Sequence record: KP869102
Source of the DNA: Escherichia coli O157 typing phage 4
Length of the DNA: 64,000 nucleotides
Strand: one strand, 5' to 3'
Shown: piece after piece, positions 10,366 through 18,861 of the stretch
Layout of the letters: every line of letters begins with the position of its first letter
How positions within the stretch are numbered: position 1 is the stretch's first letter
Translations under genes and position numbers: made by a program
Notes under the pieces: model-generated
The model's input: only the letters and a program-made list of their open reading frames with translations
Database searches by the model: none
What the model was told of the DNA's origin: nothing

Positions 10366-10760
10366 CGATCCTCCTGATTGATACTCTCATTATAAATATC
10401 TATAAGCTGATCAGGGAGTGTTGACTTCTTACCTTCAGGTGATTGGAGGTAGATAATCTGCTTTTCTCTACCTGCCCTCTCAGCTATATTTAATTTATCC
10501 TGCAGATCAGAAAGAGATTTTTCAAGGTTTTTAACCTCCTCTGCGTGGCCCATTTTAATCTTGTCGGCCTGCTTTTGTTGCTGATCAAGGATCCGTTCCC
10601 ACTTTAACTCTGTTGCTGACACACCCTCCTGGTAGGCATCATTAAGCTTGGAGTTAAACCAATACACGGCCCCAAGATAAGCTGTACCTATCGCAGCTGC
10701 AAAAACTAAACCTTTTATGATCCCTTTATACCTACTCAGCCATGTTAAAACTGAAATCAT
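10362..10760 (-). CDS. i-spanin (Rz-like)
   Basis: N-terminal TM helix followed by coiled-coil periplasmic domain; paired with lipoprotein gene. Confidence 0.55.
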   Translation of the reverse strand: MISVLTWLSRYKGIIKGLVFAAAIGTAYLGAVYWFNSKLNDAYQEGVSATELKWERILDQQQKQADKIKMGHAEEVKNLEKSLSDLQDKLNIAERAGREKQIIYLQSPEGKKSTLPDQLIDIYNESINQEDR

Positions 10761-10769
10761 TTTAAGGCT

Positions 10770-10806
10770 CCAGAAACGAAAAAACCCCGCAGCTATGCAG
10801 CTAACG
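10770..10806 (-). terminator. rho-independent terminator
   Basis: On minus strand: CCCCG stem / 15-nt loop / CGGGG followed by TTTTTT. Confidence 0.5.
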
Positions 10807-10865
10807 GGGCGGGTTAAAATTGAGTAACCTAAATAGATCGAAACTAACTAAAAGGAGACTAATAC

Positions 10866-11135
10866 TTATCGAGGCACTCGGTGGATGATTCTAACAGTAA
10901 CTGCATTTTCATTCATCAAGTATGCATCTACATCTCTGTAAATATAAAACTTCTGCTCACTATCAACAACACAAGCTACTGCCCCTTCAGAGTTGTCTTC
11001 AAAAAAGACCACCACTGCATCGCAGCTGAGTTCATGATATGACTCTCGAAGATTTACAGCCAGAGGATTGAAATCGTCACGAAAATCTACGGTATGGGTT
11101 GGATTTACACGCTCTACAATTTTAAGTGTATACAT
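10866..11135 (-). CDS. hypothetical protein
   Basis: ORF trimmed to ATG at 11135 (AAAGGA RBS) so it does not overlap tRNA-Pro. Confidence 0.4.
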   Translation of the reverse strand: MYTLKIVERVNPTHTVDFRDDFNPLAVNLRESYHELSCDAVVVFFEDNSEGAVACVVDSEQKFYIYRDVDAYLMNENAVTVRIIHRVPR

Positions 11136-11181
11136 TTTAAAGGTTCCTTTTGTTTGTATATGTTTAAAGTATAACTGAAAG

Positions 11182-11258
11182 TGGTCTCCACGGAGTGATT
11201 CGAACACTCGACCTCCTGATCCCAAATCAGGCGCTCTACCAAGCTGAGCTACGCGGAG
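11182..11258 (-). tRNA. tRNA-Pro (anticodon TGG)
   Basis: Cloverleaf folded by hand: C1-G72 acceptor, T-arm GAGTG-TTCGAAT-CACTC, anticodon loop TTTGGGA, CCA encoded. Confidence 0.75.
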
Positions 11259-11269
11259 TATTCATTATT

Positions 11270-11344
11270 TGGTGGCCCTGGGTGGAATTGAACCACCGTC
11301 TGGCGATTATGAGTCGCTTGCTTGAACCTTCCAGCTACAGGGCC
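11270..11344 (-). tRNA. tRNA-Met/Ile2 (anticodon CAT)
   Basis: Acceptor GGCCCTG/CAGGGCC, T-arm GGTGG-TTCAATT-CCACC, anticodon loop CTCATAA, CCA encoded. Confidence 0.7.
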
Positions 11345-11345
11345 A

Positions 11346-11421
11346 TGGTGCTGATGGCAGGACTTGAACCTGCAACCTATTGATTACAAATCAATTGCAC
11401 TACCAATTGTGCTACATCAGC
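11346..11421 (-). tRNA. tRNA-Thr (anticodon TGT)
   Basis: Perfect acceptor GCTGATG/CATCAGC, T-loop TTCAAGT, anticodon loop TTTGTAA, CCA encoded. Confidence 0.75.
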
Positions 11422-11426
11422 AAAAA

Positions 11427-11517
11427 GGTGCTAGGTGATGGAGTCGAACCACCCGAATCGCAATGATAACAGATTTACAGTCTGCCCCGCTACCCCTACG
11501 GAATTAACTCACCTAAA
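11427..11517 (-). tRNA. tRNA-Tyr-like (anticodon GTA), long variable arm; possibly aberrant
   Basis: Anticodon arm GCAGA-CTGTAAA-TCTGT, T-arm GGTGG-TTCGACT-CCATC, variable hairpin; acceptor stem pairs imperfectly. Confidence 0.45.
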
Positions 11518-11643
11518 TACTAATATTTAAATTCTTTTTAAAATAGCTAGTGTTCTCACCACTAACTATGAGGTATCGGTAAAGTGGTTACCGCCACTTG
11601 CCGAAGATTTACTCTGCTAAAGTAAGCTACATTAAAAAGAACT

Positions 11644-11718
11644 TGGCACCCCGTACTGGACTCGAACCAGTGTCAACGGCTTAGAAGGCCGCTGCTTTAT
11701 CCACTAAGCTAACAGGGC
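11644..11718 (-). tRNA. tRNA-Arg (anticodon TCT)
   Basis: Acceptor with two G-U pairs, T-arm ACTGG-TTCGAGT-CCAGT, anticodon loop CTTCTAA, CCA encoded. Confidence 0.7.
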
Positions 11719-11814
11719 ACTGGGTGGCTTTCTTTTACACCTTAGCCGCCAGAAAAGGTGGGAGACCATGTTTACAATATTACACTGTTAAGCAAAGTTT
11801 GTCAAGAAAATATT

Positions 11815-12153
11815 TTAGCTATTGCTAACAGGCTGTATTTCTGTGGTAAACGGCATAAAAGGTGCTGGTTTTTCAGCCTCTTCTACTACCACCTCTTCCT
11901 CTTCACCAAACATCTCATCATATTCTTCCTGCATTCGGTCTGCCTTATCAAGAACATACTCTGCAATGCTTTGACGAATATTTTGTTTGGTTTTCGGGTC
12001 CAACATCAGCTCTCTTAAAACTTTGTGAGCTTCTGGAACCATCGCTATAAAAGATTCCTTCATATCAAGGATGTTCTTCTCTAGCTGAATGGCGTTGGAC
12101 TCCTCTTTCAGAGGTCTGCCTCTACGGCGACGCTTTTTAGTTGTATCCGCCAT
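11815..12153 (-). CDS. putative terminase small subunit / DNA-binding packaging protein
   Basis: 112 aa from ATG at 12153 (GGAGGA RBS); basic N-terminus KKRRRRGRP, acidic C-terminus; upstream of terL. Confidence 0.4.
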   Translation of the reverse strand: MADTTKKRRRRGRPLKEESNAIQLEKNILDMKESFIAMVPEAHKVLRELMLDPKTKQNIRQSIAEYVLDKADRMQEEYDEMFGEEEEVVVEEAEKPAPFMPFTTEIQPVSNS

Positions 12154-12501
12154 GTTTCCTCCATTATCACGTGATAGGTGGATTTTATCACAGCAAATAC
12201 TGATTGTCAAGTTCGCCGCAGGGTGGTGTTCCCTGCGACTTGTCCAGCGTCCTGGACCAGCAAGACCCAACAAGTGGGTTTTCCAGCTATACCCATTACC
12301 GCGCTCAGGCTCGACCTTATTACAGGTTGGCTGGGGTCACATCGTCATGTGCTGGCTGCCCCTACCATTTTAAGTGTGGTGCACTATCAAGCCCTCTAAG
12401 GGGAACTCAGTCTTCTCCGAACCCTGTTTCAAAGCATCCGGAGATAAAGCCATCAAATTCATCTTTAAATTGGATATTCATCATGATACACGAAAACAAC
12501 C

Positions 12502-12744
12502 TCATTGTAAAGCGCAAATAAATAAAACATACTTAATTTGTTTGTTATCAGGCTCAGGGTAGAAGTAGAAGATCTTGCTATCACCGATCTGAACACCACC
12601 ATCCCAACAGCATAGCCCATAACCTGTATTCATACAAGCTAAGTCGTTGGCAAAATCTATTGCATCATCCAGTGCACGAAATTCACCTTCATCTTCTAAA
12701 TAATCCTCATTCATGGAACGAAAAACGAGCTTAACCTTAAACAT
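12502..12744 (-). CDS. hypothetical protein
   Basis: 80-aa minus-strand ORF. Confidence 0.35.
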   Translation of the reverse strand: MFKVKLVFRSMNEDYLEDEGEFRALDDAIDFANDLACMNTGYGLCCWDGGVQIGDSKIFYFYPEPDNKQIKYVLFICALQ

Positions 12745-12820
12745 AGCATTACCTGTAGACCTCGTAAGTTAAAATTGTAGCACATCATATTGCAGATCTT
12801 ATCAGGTAACACTGTTTTTG

Positions 12821-13030
12821 TCAACAGATTCCGGCCTTATCTCGCCTGTCTGCGTATTCTTTAATCGCAACCTCATCTGCATTAGTGACCAGGTCTTCAA
12901 AGTAACTCTCAAGCTCCTCGTCAATGTCAGGAGACCAGCTCTTTTTCCTGTCAGTGTGAATTGCAGACTTGTTGAACTTATTACAGTTCTTTGCTACCGG
13001 GTTATTCATTAAGCGCTCCTCAGCGTTCAT
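12821..13030 (-). CDS. hypothetical protein
   Basis: 69-aa acidic ORF, short overlap with upstream gene. Confidence 0.3.
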   Translation of the reverse strand: MNAEERLMNNPVAKNCNKFNKSAIHTDRKKSWSPDIDEELESYFEDLVTNADEVAIKEYADRRDKAGIC

Positions 13031-13598
13031 AGTAAATTTTATTTAACATTACCTCATCCTTTGCAGAAAGAATACCGAGATATGCATCACCGAATCTACC
13101 TGCAACAACCTCTGCATGATACATTACTTCGTTAATATCGTCAAGAGTGATAACTGGATGACCGTATCTCTCTGAGTATTGTCTCAGAGTGCGATGTAGA
13201 GAGTCATCATCATAGGCAGACTTTTTAATATCACAAACACGACGAATAGCCTTGATGTCGAAAAACCCTGTACGATACCAACCAAGAAAAAGGTTTCGTG
13301 CAGTGTCAACATCTACATCAATACCATCAAGAACCTTATCTACAAGATAGCTATCATCCTTTGGACTCGCTTCCTTAGTGCGGATATAGTTGCCATCTTT
13401 TCCAGGTGACAGCTCCTTCTCATCACCAGCCTTCATGTCATCATTTGGCGGGGTTAGCCACTTATCCGGATGCTTACGATCACGAGCGTTAGAATGATTA
13501 CGCTGGAAACCTGGCTGCCACTTGAAAGTTTTCTCCATCTGTTCTTCATTCTGATAACGTTTTGCAATCTTTTCACGGTCATCTTTGCGTGAACTCAT
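13020..13598 (-). CDS. hypothetical protein
   Basis: 192-aa ORF. Confidence 0.5.
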   Translation of the reverse strand: MSSRKDDREKIAKRYQNEEQMEKTFKWQPGFQRNHSNARDRKHPDKWLTPPNDDMKAGDEKELSPGKDGNYIRTKEASPKDDSYLVDKVLDGIDVDVDTARNLFLGWYRTGFFDIKAIRRVCDIKKSAYDDDSLHRTLRQYSERYGHPVITLDDINEVMYHAEVVAGRFGDAYLGILSAKDEVMLNKIYYER

Positions 13599-14102
13599 AG
13601 CTGCCTCCTCTTCAAGTTATAGAAAAACTCACTGTATCGCTTTGTAACGAGCTTTTCTATCAAACTGGTGCGATTGCATTACTTGGTATGGTTTATATAG
13701 CTGTGGAGCGATTTAGGGTCCTTCTTGTCCGTTTCCACACATAAACTTTATCCAAACTCGCGCGGGAGGCTCTCAACCGACTCCTTACGGCGCTGGCAAG
13801 CTTTCGTCGGTGGCCCACATTAGTGCTCGGCCTTTGGCCTGCGCTATCGCTTCGCTCCCACACATGTTAACAGACCTGCATGTATGCACTTCTGTTATTG
13901 TGTGCACTATGGAGGCCCGGCATCTCGCCCCTCGTAGGCGAGTGCCAATGAAGGGCCGACACTACCCATAGTAAGTAATAAATTTAAAACATGGTACTTA
14001 GGATCTAATATATTCTACATAAGTTAAGTATATGTACTTTAGTACCATAAGTACTAGATCTTTTATTTTTTATTATTCAGTTATTTTAGTTATATTCTTT
14101 AT

Positions 14103-14170
14103 GTGTCCGTATCACGGACAGTTAGTGTCCGTATTACGGGCAGTAGTGTCCGTATCACGGACAGTTAGTG
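14103..14170. repeat. three tandem palindromes TGTCCGT-N3-ACGGACA (candidate operator or origin sites)
   Basis: 18-bp inverted repeat present three times at ~21-23 bp spacing; middle copy degenerate. Confidence 0.6.
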
Positions 14171-14238
14171 GACTCTGTTCCAGAGCGAACATAAAACATA
14201 CGAATCCTTATAGTACAGATATTTAAGTTTTTACTGGT

Positions 14239-14589
14239 CTAACCAGTTGTTGACATCCGAATAACCTCTTCTGGTGGCAAAACTTTGGAAAATGTGCATC
14301 TTTTACCTCTCCCTTGTGTGGATGTTTCAACCACCCCCGCACACTCTAAAGTTTTAACGCACGCTGCTGCTTTTGTTTTCTTTATCCCAACATCTGCTGC
14401 AATTTTCCTTGTGCTTGGTGTGAAGCGTGAATTTCCTCCAAGCTTATACCAGTTGTGCAGGTAGCAGTATACAATCTTGTCATACAAGTCAAGAACAACA
14501 ACCTCTCCAGTTGTGTCATTCAAAACTTTTGACATAGACAGTATTTCAAGGGGGACTTTAAGATATAGCAGCTTATCCCCATCTTTCAT
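14239..14589 (-). CDS. putative HTH DNA-binding protein
   Basis: 116 aa with helix-turn-helix-like segment TRKIAADVGIKKTKAAACVKTLECAGVV. Confidence 0.45.
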   Translation of the reverse strand: MKDGDKLLYLKVPLEILSMSKVLNDTTGEVVVLDLYDKIVYCYLHNWYKLGGNSRFTPSTRKIAADVGIKKTKAAACVKTLECAGVVETSTQGRGKRCTFSKVLPPEEVIRMSTTG

Positions 14590-14636
14590 ATCTCCTGATT
14601 CTCCTTGTGTGGCAATTTTCTTTAAAATAGCAGGGA

Positions 14637-15191
14637 TTACTCCCCGCTGTCAATAGCAAAACTCATTGCAATACGGTATGCTTCTTCTAATGGTAAGAGT
14701 CTCCCCCACACATCCCAACCGACATCAAGCTGCCTGCCAAACAACTGTTGTGTGGTTCCGTGAGCATGACCGAACAGTTGGACTGATCCATGAGGCTTTC
14801 TGTTCCACTTTGCAAACTGGTAATGGCTCATACAGATCAAATTCTTGTTGTGGCGAAGCTCGTAATAATCTACAACCTCGTGATAGAACTCTTTCATAAT
14901 TCTGACAGTCGTCCTTGTGTCATGGTTGCCACGAACAAGAATAATATGTCCGTTCAACATATTTAGAATATCCGGGAGTAAGTTGTTGATATTCTTATCA
15001 TTAGTGCACGCAATATCTCCCAAGTGGAACACAGTGTCTGCAGGTGACACAACAGAGTTCCACTCGGCGATGATTCCTGCATTCATACTGTCAAGATTGT
15101 GATCATACTGAGATCTGTGTTTTTGACATGAATCAAACTCCATGACCCGCTGGTGGAGAAAGTGTGTGTCGCTTGTTACAAAGTATTTCAT
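14637..15191 (-). CDS. calcineurin-like metallophosphoesterase
   Basis: Motifs DTHF, GDIAC, GNHD; start trimmed to ATG at 15191 with GAGGA RBS. Confidence 0.7.
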   Translation of the reverse strand: MKYFVTSDTHFLHQRVMEFDSCQKHRSQYDHNLDSMNAGIIAEWNSVVSPADTVFHLGDIACTNDKNINNLLPDILNMLNGHIILVRGNHDTRTTVRIMKEFYHEVVDYYELRHNKNLICMSHYQFAKWNRKPHGSVQLFGHAHGTTQQLFGRQLDVGWDVWGRLLPLEEAYRIAMSFAIDSGE

Positions 15192-15198
15192 ACATTCC

Positions 15199-15609
15199 TC
15201 ATTTAAGTTTAATGCAGTTTTTAAGCTGGCGTTCCATACGATCCACAACCCTGTCTGGAACATCATGAATGCTTTTATTACCGTGGCGGTTTTCAACCAC
15301 GATCACGGTATAACTATACCCATGACTGATTGCCATGTCAACATATTCCTGCACATGTTTTTCTTTTGTAAACGTATTACTTACCACGATACGGTCGTAT
15401 CCCATACGCATCATATCTTCTACGTTATCTTTGCACCATTTTGCTGCGAGTGTTACTTTACTTGCATCCCAGTTGTAATTGCCGTCATCGTCATACCAGA
15501 ACATGTCGTTCTCAAAATGTGGATACAGACCTTCTAAAGATAGCGCATTTGCCAGTGTTGATTTGCCAGACCCTGGCAGACCACGCACGATATATAGCAT
15601 TTTAGACAT
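15199..15609 (-). CDS. P-loop kinase (polynucleotide kinase-like)
   Basis: Walker A GLPGSGKST near N-terminus; start at ATG 15609 with GGAGGA RBS. Confidence 0.6.
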   Translation of the reverse strand: MSKMLYIVRGLPGSGKSTLANALSLEGLYPHFENDMFWYDDDGNYNWDASKVTLAAKWCKDNVEDMMRMGYDRIVVSNTFTKEKHVQEYVDMAISHGYSYTVIVVENRHGNKSIHDVPDRVVDRMERQLKNCIKLK

Positions 15610-15709
15610 AGCAATCCTCCGTTTTAATTTTAATGATAGTATACCTAACTGTTTTGTTAATTTCAAGTGTTGACACTAGGTTATTTGTGTGGCAGGATAG
15701 ACTGACAAA

Positions 15710-16645
15710 ATGACAAATGAGGAACGTATGATGAAGTATTTTAATGCAGACGATCTAGTTGACAAAGGTCTTGTAACCAGCAGATATTACCCAGATCTTG
15801 GATTAAAGATTTATAAATATGCCAGAAAAGTATTTTACAACAATTTATGGCATTTGTCCCCTCGTTTGCTGGAGTGCCGAGGCATTGTTGTCGGTAATGA
15901 AGGAAATGTTGTGGCATGGCCCTTCACAAAAGTGTTTAACTTGGGAGAAAATCACACCAACCTGCCTGACAATAAGCTTGTGACGGCGGTAGAGAAAAAG
16001 AACGGATTCCTCGGTGTGGTGTCATCTCATAAAGGTGAACTATTGTTCTCAACAACCGGATCTCTTGATTCCCCATATTGTAACCTCGCAAAGGAAACCA
16101 TCCGGGAGCAATGTGGTAATTTAGATCTTATCAAGAAGGTTATGGGCAATGAAAACATGACATTCATGTTTGAAATTTGTCACCCTTCAGATCCGCATAT
16201 TGTTCAGGAAGATCATGGCGCATATTTGATAGGTTGCAGATATAATGATTCTGGAATAATGCTACCAGAAGCAGCTTTAGATGGGATTGCCAAATACCTT
16301 GGCGCAAAACGTCCTCACACTGTGCGTGAAATTCCGTTCAGCTATGCAAAAGAATTGGCTGCAGAAACAAGAGGTGAAGGGTATATGATTCGTAAGCCTT
16401 ACTACCCTTATGATCTGCAGCTGAAGATCAAGTCTCCATACTATCTGGCACGGAAGGCCGTAATGAGGGGTAAAGCTTGGAAGATTTGGGATGATGATAT
16501 CTTTAAACGTGTTGACGAAGAGTTTTACGGCATGGTAAACTTCATTCGTAGCAATTACACAGAAGATGTGTGGAACTGCCTACTGGAGCAGGAACGCAGG
16601 GAGATACTCGACCACTATTTCCACAACGAGGACTATATGCAATGA
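15710..16645 (+). CDS. putative RNA ligase (nucleotidyltransferase superfamily)
   Basis: Lysine motif VEKKNGF (KxNG) in 311-aa protein; divergent from flanking kinase/phosphoesterase. Confidence 0.5.
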   Translation: MTNEERMMKYFNADDLVDKGLVTSRYYPDLGLKIYKYARKVFYNNLWHLSPRLLECRGIVVGNEGNVVAWPFTKVFNLGENHTNLPDNKLVTAVEKKNGFLGVVSSHKGELLFSTTGSLDSPYCNLAKETIREQCGNLDLIKKVMGNENMTFMFEICHPSDPHIVQEDHGAYLIGCRYNDSGIMLPEAALDGIAKYLGAKRPHTVREIPFSYAKELAAETRGEGYMIRKPYYPYDLQLKIKSPYYLARKAVMRGKAWKIWDDDIFKRVDEEFYGMVNFIRSNYTEDVWNCLLEQERREILDHYFHNEDYMQ

Positions 16646-16992
16646 AGAAGTTGATTGTGTGGCTGGATGATTTGAGAGATCCGTCAAATTATGGACTCCC
16701 AGACGCTGTTTGGCTGAAGAATTCCTCCGAGTTTATGGATTTTATTAACGATAAGGGAAAGCTCTACAGACGCGTTTCTGAGTGGCATATGGACAACGAC
16801 CTAGGAGAAGTATTCGAAGGATATGATTGCCTATCCATGTTGGAGGAAAAATTTGTATTCGGTAAGCCTCCCGTGGTTGACAACGTGAAGATTTTCGTAC
16901 ATACTTCTAATCCATCAGCGGCTCGTAAATTCATGCTTGCAGCTGACTCGTTTAAAAAGTTTGGAATAGAGATTAAACAAAACATCTACTGA
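16642..16992 (+). CDS. hypothetical protein
   Basis: ATGA overlap with ligase stop; 116 aa. Confidence 0.4.
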   Translation: MKKLIVWLDDLRDPSNYGLPDAVWLKNSSEFMDFINDKGKLYRRVSEWHMDNDLGEVFEGYDCLSMLEEKFVFGKPPVVDNVKIFVHTSNPSAARKFMLAADSFKKFGIEIKQNIY

Positions 16993-17000
16993 GGACACTT

Positions 17001-17762
17001 ATGCGACGACTGATTATTATCTCCGGTGCTGGTTTGAGCGCTGAATCTGGTATTCCCACTTTCCGATCTGGTAGCACTGCAATGTGGGAGAATTTCAGCA
17101 TCGATGAGGTGTGCAACATCCACACCTTTGCCAAGAACTACTATAAGGTGCATGACTTTTACAATGCACGTCGCGTAGCTCTGGGCAGTGTTGATCCTAA
17201 CCTTGCACATCTTCGGATCGCTGAGTGGTATTCCCGCTGGTCTGGTCGTGTGATCAACCTTACCACCAATGTAGATGATTTGCTGGAGCGTGCTGGTGTA
17301 AAACATGAAGATATTTTACATGTCCACGGGTATTTGCCTGAAATCACCTACGAAGATGCTGAAGGTAATGATGTAATTAAAAATATCGGATACACGGAGG
17401 TAGATACAGGCAAGTATACCTGGGTTAAGCCCAATGTAGTGTTCTTCGGTGAGGTTGCTCCTAAGTATACAGACATGTATGACCTGTTGACATCTCTCAC
17501 AAGCAATGATATGGTGATCCTGGTAGGTTGTTCTAACACAGTTATTAATTTTAACTGGGAATTGTTTCCTGCTACTTGTAAAGGCACAAAACTGCTGATT
17601 GTAAACAAGTATGATTCGCAGAGTGCAGATGGAAGTGGCATTTCACGTAGCGACCTTTATCAATATGAGGATCGCGGGATCCCTGTATGGTTTAACGGTG
17701 CTGTTGACGCTTTCTCTGATAAAGTATTTATTGAAACTGTAGAAAACTTTATGGAACTTTAA
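17001..17762 (+). CDS. Sir2-family NAD-dependent deacetylase / ADP-ribosyltransferase
   Basis: Sirtuin motifs GAGLSAESGIPTFR, NxDxL-like TTNVDDL and HG. Confidence 0.7.
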   Translation: MRRLIIISGAGLSAESGIPTFRSGSTAMWENFSIDEVCNIHTFAKNYYKVHDFYNARRVALGSVDPNLAHLRIAEWYSRWSGRVINLTTNVDDLLERAGVKHEDILHVHGYLPEITYEDAEGNDVIKNIGYTEVDTGKYTWVKPNVVFFGEVAPKYTDMYDLLTSLTSNDMVILVGCSNTVINFNWELFPATCKGTKLLIVNKYDSQSADGSGISRSDLYQYEDRGIPVWFNGAVDAFSDKVFIETVENFMEL

Positions 17763-17775
17763 AAGGAGACCTTTA

Positions 17776-18489
17776 ATGCTGAATACTAAACTGATCGACA
17801 ACCTGGAAAAACTGTCTCAGCCTGAAAACTACCTTTGGTCTGCCAACTGGGTGGAAAACTGGAACCGTGTGGCAGCTAAGGTGAAAAAATCATACACACC
17901 ATTCGAATTACAGCTTAGCTTCATTGAGGAAGAGTTCAATGAAGTTTTGGAAGAGCTGGAGAAAGGTGATGGTGGAGATCACTTGCTAAAAGAGGCCTGC
18001 GATCTTCATGTTGTCACAAGTTATGCCGCTTATCTTGTTAATGACAATCACGAAAAGTGGTCAAACCTGTTTGATAATCCACGAGGTATTAAGTTCAAGA
18101 TTGGTGAGTTCTATGATACACTGATCGCTGCGAAAAACACCTCTAAGCAAAGAGCGTCTGCTTACCGCTTAGCAGAGTTGTCAACAGCTTTGCTGTTCCA
18201 GCTTCGCGGCGATGTGTGCGGGATGATGCGTAAGGTTCTCAAATCGAATGACAGCAAGTTTGCACGGGTCAACCATCTACGGTATTCACACGGTGCCAGT
18301 GCAGATATGCCTGCTGAACAACTCATCGAGTTGGAGATTAAAGATCTTGAGCGACGCTTTGATGGTCGATATGAAGGTTTTGTTGCTAAGGAAGAATTCT
18401 ACAACGGTAATAAAGTTATCATATTCCTTGACAGTAAAGGTAAGATCATGAAGCCTTCAAGCTTCAAGGATGTAACAGAGTATATTTAA
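17776..18489 (+). CDS. putative MazG-like nucleotide pyrophosphohydrolase
   Basis: EEEFNEVLEELE...EACDL resembles the MazG EExxE motif; weak. Confidence 0.35.
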   Translation: MLNTKLIDNLEKLSQPENYLWSANWVENWNRVAAKVKKSYTPFELQLSFIEEEFNEVLEELEKGDGGDHLLKEACDLHVVTSYAAYLVNDNHEKWSNLFDNPRGIKFKIGEFYDTLIAAKNTSKQRASAYRLAELSTALLFQLRGDVCGMMRKVLKSNDSKFARVNHLRYSHGASADMPAEQLIELEIKDLERRFDGRYEGFVAKEEFYNGNKVIIFLDSKGKIMKPSSFKDVTEYI

Positions 18490-18522
18490 CAACATAGCCG
18501 GGATCACCCGGCTTTACTTGTT

Positions 18523-18861
18523 GTGGAAAGTATGCAAGTGAGGCAGATAGTTATGTACAAGCACTCTAGAGATCTTGAAAACGATGCTGTGTTTGGGGAT
18601 CAGATGAAAGAGTTGGTTAAACTCATAGGCAGGATAGAGGATAAGTTTGACACTAAGATCTACATCGACAGCAAAGTATTCAACCACAAAATATGGACAA
18701 ATCTGTGTGTTGGACTACATGGAGATAAAGATGTTGTAAATTTAGTTGTAATTAGGTTCATAGTGTGGCAGAATAAAACTATAAATTATTACGATCCACA
18801 CCTGCTTGTTTACCCGATAAAAGACCTATTAGATAAGGAGGACTGCAATGCCGTTATTTAA
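18523..18861 (+). CDS. hypothetical protein
   Basis: 112-aa ORF. Confidence 0.4.
   Translation: MESMQVRQIVMYKHSRDLENDAVFGDQMKELVKLIGRIEDKFDTKIYIDSKVFNHKIWTNLCVGLHGDKDVVNLVVIRFIVWQNKTINYYDPHLLVYPIKDLLDKEDCNAVI

Noticed and set aside
11195-11383. Track ORFs overlapping the tRNA cluster (11195..11383 plus strand; N-terminal part of 10866..11225)
   Set aside because: They read through tRNA genes; the sequence folds convincingly as tRNA-Pro and tRNA-Met.
11521-11643. Possible sixth tRNA between tRNA-Tyr-like and tRNA-Arg
   Set aside because: Contains a hairpin (GTGG-CGGTAA-CCAC) but no T-loop or acceptor pairing could be built by hand; left unannotated pending a covariance-model scan.
12089-12562. 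Three overlapping plus-strand ORFs (12089..12373, 12178..12399, 12204..12521, 12374..12562)
   Set aside because: All three frames are open across a GC-rich island, there are no RBSs and the products are low-complexity; this is characteristic of non-coding GC-rich DNA.
15670-15703. Candidate sigma70 promoter upstream of the ligase gene (TTGACA at 15670)
   Set aside because: No acceptable -10 hexamer at 16-19 bp spacing; the best -10-like match gives a 22-bp spacer.
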